From Epithemia pelagica (lineage: Eukaryota > Protista > Bacillariophyta), in assembly GCA_946965045.2 (NCBI GenBank), contig OX337239.1, positions 682,001-746,000 of the forward strand: DNA of 64,000 bases. Reading direction: 5' to 3'. Position 1 is the stretch's first letter, and the number at the start of each line of letters is the position of its first letter. Under the pieces are notes generated by a model. The model was not told the origin of the DNA, ran no database searches, and saw only the letters and a list, made by a program, of their open reading frames with translations. Of the stretch, positions 11,357-21,674 are shown in pieces. The position numbers and the translations under genes are program-made.

Positions 11357-12666
11357 CTAGCAATCATAGGCGTCCAACACAATCCAATAGATCACCGCCA
11401 AATGATTATTCGTGCTTGTGTTGGCAGACGACTGAAACTCCAAGTACACGGTGGCATCGTTCGTGTTGATTGCATTGGCTGATCCCGAATCAAATTGGTG
11501 TGAGTCGCTGTACCCTTCACCTCGATACTACTTGTCCGTTCCGGCAATTTGGGGCAGAGTAAAAATGACATTTTGACCCGTTGTGCTGCTGCATCCATCA
11601 AAGTCAAACACCACGCGGACATTGGCTGTGGTCGCTGAGGTAATGGAACTACTGCTGCTTGCTGCAGGATGTTTTTCATCAAAATACACGGCATACACTC
11701 GCCACCATCGATCTTTACCACTGCTCGGTTCCGGTACGTCGGGATCAAAGGGACTGTACACTTTTACCAATGACTGGAGACCCACATCACTCGTAATATC
11801 GAATGGAGCATCGCCACCTGTTCCATAAATGGGACGCCGATGAACACGGTCGCATTGTTTATAGTCTGGTTCGTTGTCCACTACCGTGATAGGCGGATCT
11901 GGCTGTGGCTGCGATGGTGGTGGAGGAGGAGGAACCACGACTGAAGGGATTGGATCTCCCTTGAGATAGCACTTGAGATCACTCACTTGACTAACTGTAT
12001 TGGGAAGAGTTATCCAAATTTCACAATCTCTGCTATTCTCCGAAAATTCAATGGCCTCACAATCGGGGCGGATAGAGTACATGGCCTGGCAAGTCGGCAT
12101 AGTTTGGTTTTGATATTTGAAGAAGTCCGTATCCTTCGTTCCAGAATTCGAAGGAGAGTTAATGCGACAGGCGCCTCCCGGTGCTAACAACATTTCGTAT
12201 TCATACGCAACCGCAGGAGGTGGTGGCGGCGGAGGAGGAGGAACCACGACCGAGGGGATTGGATCTCCCTTGAGATAGCACCACTCACATCACCAACTTT
12301 ATTGGGAAGAGTTATCCAAATTTCACAATCTCCGTTATTCTCCGAAAATTCAATGGCCACACAATCGGAGCGGATAGAGCACATGTTCTGGCAAGTCGAC
12401 AGACTTGGTTGTTTAGATCTGAAAAAGTCCGTATTCTGCGTTCCCGAATTCGAAGGAGAGTTAATGCGACAGGCGCCTCCCGGTGCTAACAACATTTCGT
12501 ATTCATATGCAACAGCTGTCGGAGTAGAAAGACTTCGAGCATCGTCCTGGTGACCCTTGCTGTCTTTATGTTGGAGTCGTCTTCGAAGGTTCGATGTAGC
12601 AGAGGTAGTGGAGGTACCAAGAAGGACCAACGATGTGATGGCATGGAATGGTATGGAGAGCTTCAT
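11357..12666 (-). pseudogene. PAN-domain paralogue 2 with a duplicated PAN module, a 7-nt deletion and a premature TAG
   Basis: ATG at 12666 (MKLSIPF.., signal peptide). Two PAN-polyPro repeats with period 302 bp; the first lacks ATCTCAA relative to the second. An in-frame TAG at 11528-11530 lies where paralogue 1 has E (TEYRG), and homology continues to YWIVLDAYDC*. Confidence 0.85.
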
Positions 12667-13437
12667 GATGATGAATGCAAACAAGTGAAAGAGAAAAATT
12701 ACAACACCGAGAAGTTTCTTTGGGAGTTTCTCGATTTCTCTCCAAAAATATTGTGAGACTGGATTGGATTCTTGCTCAAGAAATCGAAAGTCGAGTAGCT
12801 TCACGATTCTGTGTTGGTTCTCCTTTGTGGGAGCGCGAGTGAAACACACAACATGATGTCATCTACTTTCCGAACCAGACAAGGAGAACACGTCATGTCT
12901 GAATCCTAATTGTTTGTCTCACATTCAATGTCCTGTGAACACCAATCAGCTGCCAAGTTGATCGGACGTGCTCCTTGAATGCATGTATGGGAAATGGGAA
13001 TGTGAGAGATGCAACTTTCGCATCCCCGACATGGTCTCGCATCCTCCTCCTCCGCATCCTTCAGGCATAGGTGATCGCACATAGGTCGTCTTTGTAAGGA
13101 AATCGCATGCCGAGAATGGACGACGTCCATTCCGGAGGACAAATCGTCGAACCGACACCATGGTATCGTCCACGCCATTTCACTTTATTCGAATCACACC
13201 AATCGTTCCCCTGCTCTTTGAGTTGTGTTTCTAGAGGAGCACCGTCGCAACTAATCAAACTTATTTGGAGCTCTGAGAGCTCTCACGCTCTCTTGTCGTC
13301 ATTTTTGTACAGGTAGCTAGCATAGCTTATAGCTTTTCGTCACTCGTGACGTCTGAGTATCTTTTTTTGTGATGTTCCCAAATCACTTAGAGTCGCGTTT
13401 TATGGTGTTGATTGATATACAGAGCAAATAGACGACG

Positions 13438-14970
13438 ATGGCTGCCTTCTTTTCTCTGGGCTTGGCATATTCTCCAACGAGAACGGAGGCATCGATTCTT
13501 AATGAACATGGAGCTGGTGTGAAGTACAACGAAAATGGCTGTTGTGTCATCCACCCGGATGTTGTGCTTCGGGAAAGAGTCCGGGGCATCCGGCGCGTGG
13601 GTCGAGAGACTGAATGGAAGACTTCGAAAGACACCTGTCCCAAGTGCGACGCCTTCTTGCCGTTGCAGCTGGAAGAAAAAGCCACGGCCGTGCGCGACAG
13701 TGCACGGGAGCGACAACTCGCTCTACAAGAGAAGGAACTAGATTTGAAAAAGAAGCAAATGGAGCTGGAATATGCAGAACATGAACGCAAGGCACAACGA
13801 GAACGCCAGGAACTCGAACATCAGCATCGAGGCGAAGATGCGGCAGAGACGTCCAGAGAAGCACGTATCAGGTCATATCTTCCGTGTCAGTCCAACAAGA
13901 TAGCCAATATGCCATTCCAGATTGTACTGCATAGCATAGAGTATGGTGAGTGTTTGATTGACGGTACCTTTGTTGGTGACATTGACGGGAGCACCAGAAT
14001 GCCTCATGGACAAGGAAAGTTTCATGGAAATCACTTCCTGTTCACTGACTATACCTATAAAGGAGCTTTCAAGAATGGAAAACTTCATGGATATGGTGAA
14101 TCCACATACAAACGTCTGGATCTTGAACTTGACGAAATGATGGTTATCACCTACAAAGGGGATTTTGATGCGTCACAGGAACACGGTACTGGAAGATGGA
14201 CAAAGGTTTCTATAGATGGTCGTTTTGAGGAGTCTTATATTGGTAGCTGGGGAGCTGGCCAAAAGGCAGGAAAAGGATGCTTGAAATTTTATGACGGTGA
14301 TTCCTATGATGGGGAATGGAAAGGTAATCTACGCCATGGAGAAGGAGTTATGGAGTATGCAGACGGTCGTTCGTATGCTGGTGAATGGAAAGATGGTAAA
14401 ATCAATGGAAAAGGATGCTTCAAGTATCCCAATGGTGCCTACTATGATGGTGAATGGAAAGATGGTAAACGCCATGGCCAAGGATGCTTCATGCAATCCA
14501 CTGGGGCCTACTACGATGGTGAATGGGAAGATGGTGAAATCAATGGAAAAGGATGCTATAAATTTCATGAGGGCGATTTCTATTACGGTGACTGGAAAGA
14601 TAATTTACGCCACGGAACAGGAGTTATGGAGTATGCAGACGGCGGTTCGTATGAAGGTGAATGGATAAATGGTAAAATCAATGGACAAGGATGGTCCAAG
14701 TTTGCAGACGGTCGTTCGTATCATGGTCAATGGAAAAATGGTAAAATCAATGGACAAGGAAAGATGAAGTACGCCTACGATGCTTTGTATGATGGTGAAT
14801 GGAAAGATGCAAAGAGACATGGGAGTGGAAGATTCGTGCTGCCCTGTGGTGATACATACGTTGGGCCTTTTGTCAATGACAAGAGGCATGGTCAATTCAC
14901 TGTCCACCGTGCGAAAGGTCTGAGACGGATGGAACGTGTCACATTTGTGAATGGCCTAAAGCAATCGTAG
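13438..14970 (+). CDS. MORN-repeat protein with an N-terminal Cys/His motif and coiled coil
   Basis: Many 23-aa YxGEWKDGKxxGxG repeats. N-terminal CCVIHPD..W..CPKC is followed by an E/K/Q/R-rich coil. Confidence 0.9.
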   Translation: MAAFFSLGLAYSPTRTEASILNEHGAGVKYNENGCCVIHPDVVLRERVRGIRRVGRETEWKTSKDTCPKCDAFLPLQLEEKATAVRDSARERQLALQEKELDLKKKQMELEYAEHERKAQRERQELEHQHRGEDAAETSREARIRSYLPCQSNKIANMPFQIVLHSIEYGECLIDGTFVGDIDGSTRMPHGQGKFHGNHFLFTDYTYKGAFKNGKLHGYGESTYKRLDLELDEMMVITYKGDFDASQEHGTGRWTKVSIDGRFEESYIGSWGAGQKAGKGCLKFYDGDSYDGEWKGNLRHGEGVMEYADGRSYAGEWKDGKINGKGCFKYPNGAYYDGEWKDGKRHGQGCFMQSTGAYYDGEWEDGEINGKGCYKFHEGDFYYGDWKDNLRHGTGVMEYADGGSYEGEWINGKINGQGWSKFADGRSYHGQWKNGKINGQGKMKYAYDALYDGEWKDAKRHGSGRFVLPCGDTYVGPFVNDKRHGQFTVHRAKGLRRMERVTFVNGLKQS

Positions 14971-15307
14971 GCCATGACTACAACTCAGTTCCTTCCATAT
15001 ATCTATTGTGTCCAAACTCGATGTTGTGGGAGCGAGAGGAGTATTCCACATAATTGCTTCTTCTATTTTAGGAACACTTGACTACATAGCCAAATCCTGA
15101 ACGACGATAGATTGATCCCGTGCGGCCTGGGCCCACCCTTGAGTGAAATTCTACATTAGTGCTATGTCCTCCTGGTTCGTAGATGAGATGTGGTGAGAAG
15201 CCGCACCAAGGCTAGCGATTTGATCATGCCTCTCACTATTTAAACTCTAGAATCGCTTCCGGTGTACATACATGGGCAAAGCAACCACCCCCTCGGCGGT
15301 TTAGTGA

Positions 15308-16297
15308 TTAGGTGTCGTAACAATCATAGGCCACGAGCTGGATCCAATAAATGCGTCCATAGAGGTTGTCGGATGCATTCGAGTCTAATTTGGCATACAC
15401 CTTGCCATGGCGCTTGTCCGCGTCACTCGACTCTCCCGATCCAAATTGAAACCAATCACTATACCCTTCTCCACGATAGTCATAGTCATCCTTCTCGGTA
15501 TTGTCACTGCCCCCATTGTCATTCCTGTCATAGAGGGAGGGCAACGTAAACACGGGATCCTGAATGGTTTGACGTAAATCAAACTTGATTTGAATCGTCG
15601 TTCCGTCTCCCTGTGAGGACGACCCCTCTTCATGCCAATAGGTGGCATACAATTTCCACCATCGCTCAGCCCCATTGTTTTGGGGAGGATCTGGCGCTTC
15701 GTAGCCAAAGGGATGATAGAGTTTGGTCAAAATCTTCCATCCTCCTTGCCGCGTCACAGTCTCGGGCAAGTTTCCTCCCGATCCATACACAAGTCGACGA
15801 TGAATTTCATGACAATTGTCAAAGGAATGCGGTGGAGGAGTGGACGGTGTTTGTGGGACGCGGACAATCTTGTGATAACACTGCAATTGACCGACTCGTT
15901 CATGATCCTCTGGACGGTTGGACCAGATTTCACACGGTCCCGTGCCGGACCCAAATTCAAACGCCACACAGGAGGTATTGGAATCGCAGAGTTCTTTGCA
16001 AGTATCGTACGTTTTGCCATTGTGCCGCACGTAATCGGATCCATTGCTTCTAGTCCCACCCGAACTGGTGCGACAGGCTCCTGGATCTGCCGTGTACTCA
16101 TATGAGGGCGCCTCTGATGACATGGCGTTGCGATGGTGGTGGTATTCATTCGCAGAGTCTTGTGGTGGTGGTGGTGGAGCTTTGGGATTCGACTCGTGTG
16201 GTTCGCTCGTGGTGATGGTACGAAGATGTGAGGCAGCTGCAGAATTCAACGCCATGGTGAGGACGGAAGCTTTCAGGAATCGAGATGCAAGTTTCAT
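15308..16297 (-). CDS. Secreted PAN/apple-domain protein (paralogue 3)
   Basis: MKLASRFLKASVLTMALNSAAA signal peptide, GACR..CKELC..CVAFEF..CEIW..CY, then the shared C-terminal domain ending YWIQLVAYDC. Confidence 0.85.
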   Translation of the reverse strand: MKLASRFLKASVLTMALNSAAASHLRTITTSEPHESNPKAPPPPPQDSANEYHHHRNAMSSEAPSYEYTADPGACRTSSGGTRSNGSDYVRHNGKTYDTCKELCDSNTSCVAFEFGSGTGPCEIWSNRPEDHERVGQLQCYHKIVRVPQTPSTPPPHSFDNCHEIHRRLVYGSGGNLPETVTRQGGWKILTKLYHPFGYEAPDPPQNNGAERWWKLYATYWHEEGSSSQGDGTTIQIKFDLRQTIQDPVFTLPSLYDRNDNGGSDNTEKDDYDYRGEGYSDWFQFGSGESSDADKRHGKVYAKLDSNASDNLYGRIYWIQLVAYDCYDT

Positions 16298-17084
16298 GTT
16301 CTTATTTCTTTTGGTGGTTCGAGAGACGAGTTTCTTTTCAATGCGTATAATTTTTATGACAACCATCATCATCCACAACAATCGGCCTACCGAAAGTTCC
16401 GTTCCTTTGTCATGGTCTTGGAATTCGCCATTGTCCCGTCAGGAAGAGAGTACACGGAGGTATCTCATCGTTTTGCTGTCGTCGGGACCAAGATATATAA
16501 GTCAATGTTTCTAAGCTGTCGTTACTTCCGGTTCGTTCTTGTTCTTCCGGCAACGCGCACTCTGTTGGAACCAGAGAATGGCGCTGTCGAGAACCATGAG
16601 ACGACCCAGAGACGAGACCCTTTTTTCGAGTCAATCCCACTTGTGCCGTGCAATATCCAAGACAGGATGATAGCGCGTGTTGAGCGTAAAACGACCATGG
16701 TTCTCTGGACCAAGAAGCGGCTCGGACGTCACACCAATTGCGAAAAGATTTTTGCTTCCGACAAACCAAAAGCTCCACGGTGACACTAGATGTGGGACTA
16801 AAGTCTATTGGGTCAGTCACGAAAGAGCCTTCATCTACCCTGTAAGGTGCACAGGAATTCGGATGCATGGACTATGCCAAATGAATTCTCATGGTTAGGT
16901 ACCGTGTTTAGCCCTCTATATATGCTGTCGGTTGTGAACATGACCATACAATGCCCCTTCCCCCTGCTCTGTTGGTTCCTGTGCGCGTGTATTGTTTGGT
17001 CGACAAGACGAGTGTATGGACCAGCCGCTGCATCCCCCAGGTTGGTAGAACTGTCCTACTATAGTTGTATCTGTCCGGCGAGTA

Positions 17085-18602
17085 TTATTCGTACTGTCGT
17101 TGTTGTGGTTGTGCATGTGGAGACGACAATGGATGAGCCAGACACATCAAGGTTCCCACCCGGTCCATGAGGCTGGGTCTTCGCTGTCGTTGTCGGTGGC
17201 GTCGTTCGGGAGACGATGGGACTGCTTGTTCGGGTCGAATCATGGGAGGCATACCGCAGGAAAAGGAGGAGTGGTTGTGGTGGCAATCGTCCTGGCCCGG
17301 ATAATTATAATAGCCCGTCGTGTGCGTTGTAGTGGAAAGGAAGGACGAAGAGGAAATGTCCTGATACTTGTCGTCATCATAGTCATTATTATCATTGTGG
17401 ATCATTGTGTCATGGCTCCATGGATTTTTGGGTTTGATGACTTTTTGGTTGTGGTCACTGCCGGAACGACGAGGTGACACCACTGCCGACGTCAACGACG
17501 ATGAAAAGGGAGGAGGAGGTGGTGCTGCCGCACCCGCTGCGGCTGGTGCTCTGCTGGTTCTTGTGGAATGACGGCGACCCTGCGGCGTGGACATGACTGA
17601 TTTTTGAGGTGACGGCTGGTAGGAGGAACCGTCGACTCGTGCCGTAGCGGGAGACGGTCGTGAGTGCAAGCTTGCTCCTTCTCCCGATACGAGCCGTCGT
17701 TGGGAGTTGGTTCGTGAGAGTTGCTGCGGGGGTATACTACTCGAATGACGTTGTTTCGATGGTGACTTGGGAAATGGCGATGCACATGGCATGCCGGTCA
17801 TTTTAGGATTGTTGCGGGTTGGTTCGAAAGGAGGAGTGGGAGGCCCGCACGGAGGATGGGCCGGCTTCTCATGATGTTTGCGAGGTGACAAAGAGGGAGA
17901 CATCAAAACAGGAGTATTCAAGGAATGGCGGTCCACAACCGATCTACGTTGTCGAGCAGAGGGTGTCAATGGGTGATGATTGGAAGGTGTCGGGTGATGA
18001 GGAGGGCATGTGTTGGCTCCGGCACTGGGCATTGGTTGTGCCGAGGAGGACACCAATGGTTTCGGGTTGTCATCCTTGTGAGTGGGAGAATCGATAGTGG
18101 GATCCATCAAGGATGCAGGGTTGCCCAATGGACCTGGTTGTCGTACAGTCGGATCGAGGACAATCATGGAAAAGGGTGGAGGAGGCCGAATGGAACGCGT
18201 GGATGTGCTTCTCTTTAAGAGGGCGTTGTTGGGTTTCGAACGGCTGGTGCTTGCCTTTTGTTGCTGGATGGAGGCACCAGTCGTGGAATTTCGTCGCTTG
18301 GGTTTGGTCGAAGCAGCGAGACGAGTCTTGCTGTGGCTGCTCTGGCTCAGGCCAGTGTGGTTCGTTTTGGTTGAGAGTTTGAGTTTGTGTGGGGGACTGA
18401 CCTCCTTCTTATTGGAACTATCCAGTGCGGATGTTGGTTCCGTTTGTGGTGATGCCGGATCTTCCTGATCCGGTGGCTGTTGTTGTTGTTGAGGCTGCGA
18501 CAAGGACGAGCAACCATTCGGGATCGTGGCATCATTCCCATCCTCCGTGTGGTTCGTTGTGGTTGTGGAGTGAATTTGTGGTTCGAGTAAAAGCGGCGAC
18601 AT
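17085..18602 (-). CDS. Ser/Pro/Thr-rich disordered protein of unknown function (copy A)
   Basis: 505-aa open frame. The motifs PPPFSMIVLDPTVRQPGPLGNP and RRPSLxDRVGTLMCLAH are conserved in the copy at 38760-40403, which supports the frame. Confidence 0.75.
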   Translation of the reverse strand: MSPLLLEPQIHSTTTTNHTEDGNDATIPNGCSSLSQPQQQQQPPDQEDPASPQTEPTSALDSSNKKEVSPPHKLKLSTKTNHTGLSQSSHSKTRLAASTKPKRRNSTTGASIQQQKASTSRSKPNNALLKRSTSTRSIRPPPPFSMIVLDPTVRQPGPLGNPASLMDPTIDSPTHKDDNPKPLVSSSAQPMPSAGANTCPPHHPTPSNHHPLTPSARQRRSVVDRHSLNTPVLMSPSLSPRKHHEKPAHPPCGPPTPPFEPTRNNPKMTGMPCASPFPKSPSKQRHSSSIPPQQLSRTNSQRRLVSGEGASLHSRPSPATARVDGSSYQPSPQKSVMSTPQGRRHSTRTSRAPAAAGAAAPPPPPFSSSLTSAVVSPRRSGSDHNQKVIKPKNPWSHDTMIHNDNNDYDDDKYQDISSSSFLSTTTHTTGYYNYPGQDDCHHNHSSFSCGMPPMIRPEQAVPSSPERRHRQRQRRPSLMDRVGTLMCLAHPLSSPHAQPQQRQYE

Positions 18603-19718
18603 GGTGGTTGGAGGCGGAAATGATGCAGATAGTCACCAACGGGATCTCTACGAGTTTCTTCCTCCAGAAATAATGGAGCAGGTTGTTGTTCGTAACAACT
18701 CTGTTCGCTAGAAAAATTGGGGTACAAGCAAAGACCTTTTGTATCTCGATGTGAATGGAGGAATGCAGCAAGTGCGTTCACAACAATATTTGAAAGGATA
18801 CTATCTTGTTCCTCTTTTTTCTTCTGCTGACCAGATGTCGCTCGTTGGGGGATGGCAGTGTGACAAGTCCTTTTGTCGTTCACAGGGATGATGTTTCCTG
18901 TTTCCTCCTCCGCACACTCGCAATGACACACACATACATCCGTCGAGGTCAACGCCTCTCTCGCTGTGGTCGTGTTTGCGTTCTTTTGTTGGTTGGGGAA
19001 TTTTTCACTGAATAATGAGAGGCGAACCATGCCACGAGATGAATAGCCCCCGACAAGATGCCAGGGGACAATGCGCGACCAACTGTACACGATTACAACA
19101 TTTTTCAGTAGCCACAAATGATTCTAGTCATGAAATCGACTTACGCCACCAATGCATCATATTTTGGAAAATTGGTGGGGAATGGGGAGAAGTGAATGAT
19201 TCGGACGCTTTTTGCCCTCTCACCGAAAGATCTGGTTGGGGCGGAGAGAGGCGAAACGAATCCACATTCCCATTATTTTGCTTCACACCCATGGAGAAGA
19301 ACTACAAAGCAACATTATGGATTCCAGGGAGGGAGACGTTTTGACGAGAGGAAGAGACACGATCCTTCCTTTCGTTTCTCGTTGTGGCGTTCCAACATTA
19401 AATGTCAAAGAAAGATCCGCGGGTCGCCTATTTTCAGTTTTGGATCGTTGACACATGTGAAATCATGGTGGGTAGTCGATGGACTGGACCTGGCACAACG
19501 GAGGAGGACCCCGAGGCAGTTCTTGTTGTGGATCGCCTTGACGGTTTGCCCATGGTGGTGGAAAAATGACAAGTGTGTTCGGGGGGTCAAAACCATGCAT
19601 AGAACTTTTGGACGTGACGACTCGAGTTTTCTATATTTTGCACGATACTTCCAGACAAACTTTCATGGAACTTGTTGTAGCTCTATTCAATCATGGATCA
19701 AATTCAAGAGTCTACGAC

Positions 19719-19740
19719 TACCTACCTAGCTAGGTAGGTA
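19719..19740. repeat. 22-bp perfect palindrome TACCTACCTAGCTAGGTAGGTA
   Basis: The sequence equals its own reverse complement. Confidence 0.9.
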
Positions 19741-20624
19741 ATCTACGGATAGGTAGATGTTGTGTGATCGTAGTCGCCCATAGCATTAGCTTCTTACACG
19801 CCCATTCAGTATCCCAAGTCCACCAAGGATGGAGAAAAGCGGCAATGGCCAAAGCATTGCGACGACCAAGAGACCCAACTACTTACATAGAGCACGCCTA
19901 AGGCGAGCATTGTATTTAGAATCCGATGCCGTAACGAACCGGGGTGGACTGTATGCGCGACAACATGGTAGGGACCACTGACTGTGTCATGAGAGAAAAG
20001 CTACTAGGAGGAAGCCGCGCCTACGAGAATAAGTAAGAGAAATCACCCATCCTGACGACTCATTCGCATTTGGACCTAGGCACACATTCACGAACGACTG
20101 TATTAGAATGATGACACCTTGGTGGCTTTGTACTTGTTGGTGTCGGCGGAGGCCTGTGTTTGGGTACGAGACAACAAGGCAATGTTTAGAACAACGGCCG
20201 TCTTGGACACAACAACCTACTAGTCTCCCAGGCAACCTCAAGAATCGACAAATGGATGGAGGAAGAGCTGTTTCTACAAATCCATTCACCATGGCTTGCT
20301 TACCGAATAGGGATTTACTCAGAGGAACCACTTTCTCGGAACAGGGAGGCCCATGGGACGCCAGAAATGCGCACCGTTCACAAACGGTTCATGTCACGGC
20401 TTGACATGGACACTACTCCACGATTATTATTCGATCCTTCCAAACGTCAGTCGGTTCATTTCGTGCCACCCATCAAAAACATTACGACCCTTTGAGACTG
20501 TCCACGTCACGTTGTTCGTGGTTTGTGGTGTTGCAATGGATCACTGAAAGCAGAGAGATTGCTCGTGATGATGGTGCTGGGAGGTCCATCACCTTGAGGT
20601 TTTCTTGCTTTGTGCTGTTGGGGT

Positions 20625-20673
20625 ATTTGACATTTGACATTTGACATTCGACATTCGACATCCGAGATCCGAG
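20625..20673 (+). repeat. Heptamer array with stepwise drift (ATTTGAC x3, ATTCGAC x2, ATCCGAG x2)
   Basis: Directly visible, immediately before the tandem duplication. Confidence 0.9.
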
Positions 20674-20889
20674 TACTCATACTAACTCCATACCAGACTG
20701 TGTAGGTAGTTCGTCTCACATATTTATACTACAGTAAGAATTTTTTGTACGACCGGGAAGTAGTTTTGTGCGAGTCGCGCGGTTTCCCTCTCCTGTGTGA
20801 CACTTGTGTGACACTTGTGTGACACTTTGTGACATGGCTTCCATGAATTTCTCACTACCTACACAGCTTGATAGGGAGTAAGTTTACTA

Positions 20890-21059
20890 CTTCCCTGTGT
20901 CTGGCCGTCCTCTCGCGTCGGGCGCGCCCGGCTTGTCGGGAGAATGACTCGACGGGCAATTGTCTTGTCGGGCGTGCGCCCTCCTCGACCATTGCCCTCC
21001 TCGTCATTCTACCCTCCGCGCCGGGCGGTCCCTCCTTGAAAGGACTCGACACCGGGAAG
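20890..21059. mobile_element. Foldback MITE, 170 bp, TA-flanked (Tc1/mariner-type), copy 1
   Basis: TA|CTTCCCTGTGTC ... GACACCGGGAAG|TA (TIR 11/12 match). The internal arms gagaatgactcgacgggcaattgtc and gaccattgccctcctcgtcattcta are also imperfectly inverted. Confidence 0.7.
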
Positions 21060-21264
21060 TATTAATACTAACTCCATACCAGACTGTGTAGGTAGTTCGT
21101 CTCACATATTTATACTACAGTAAGAATTTTTTGTACGACCGGGAAGTAGTTTTGTGCGAGTCGCGCGGTTTCCCTCTCCTGTGTGACACTTGTGTGACAC
21201 TTTGTGACATGGCTTCCAGGAATTTCTCACTACCTACACAGCTTGATAGGGAGTAAGTTTACTA

Positions 21265-21424
21265 CTTCCCTGTGTCTGGCCGTCGGGCGCGCCCGGCTTG
21301 TCGGGAGAATGACTCGACGGGCTATTGTCTTGTCGGGCGTGCGCCCTCCTCGACCATTGCCCTCCTCATCATTCTACCCTCCGCGCCGGGCGGTCCCTCC
21401 TTGAAAGGACTCAACACCGGGAAG
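21265..21424. mobile_element. Foldback MITE copy 2, 160 bp
   Basis: Same TIRs and TA flanks as copy 1, with a 10-bp internal deletion. It arose with the tandem duplication. Confidence 0.7.
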
Positions 21425-21436
21425 TATTAATACTAC

Positions 21437-21674
21437 TGTTGAAACTTCTAACAAGCCGTGCCGTAAAAGCAACTCTTTATAGGCTTATCGAACTACGTAT
21501 TCTCCATTGAATGAGCGTTGGCTCTCTTGTTCGTTCTTTCGTTGCTTTTGCCACGTCTACAAACCAATGTCCATGATTCCGCATCTTGCGAATGGCCTAT
21601 ATCTTGCGAATGGCCAGTCGCACCAGTCGCACCTTGGTCCTCTATATTCACCGGTTGCTCTGCTATCCTCAACA
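21437..21674 (-). repeat. 3' LTR (TGTTGA...TCAACA)
   Basis: Terminal inverted hexamers. The sequence matches 27376-27613. Confidence 0.97.

Larger units (their letters stand above)
20679..21435. repeat. Tandem duplication of a 386/365-bp unit bounded by ATACTA microhomology
   Basis: Units start at 20679 and 21065, and ATACTA recurs at 21430. They differ by one TGTGTGACACT 11-mer, a 10-bp deletion and 4 substitutions. Confidence 0.95.

Noticed and set aside
20108-20495. Short ORFs with a GGPWDARN word resembling ankyrin-like GCPWD repeats
   Set aside because: A single weak word with stops in all frames. At most a decayed fragment.
21058-21069. piggyBac TTAA target site within AGTATTAATACT
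   Set aside because: The TA-flanked 12-bp TIR pair explains the junction better, and no matching piggyBac-type end was found.
20679-21435. CRISPR-like array or solo LTRs in the repeat block
   Set aside because: There are no unique spacers, and the units lack TG..CA ends and similarity to the Copia LTR. It is a plain tandem duplication.
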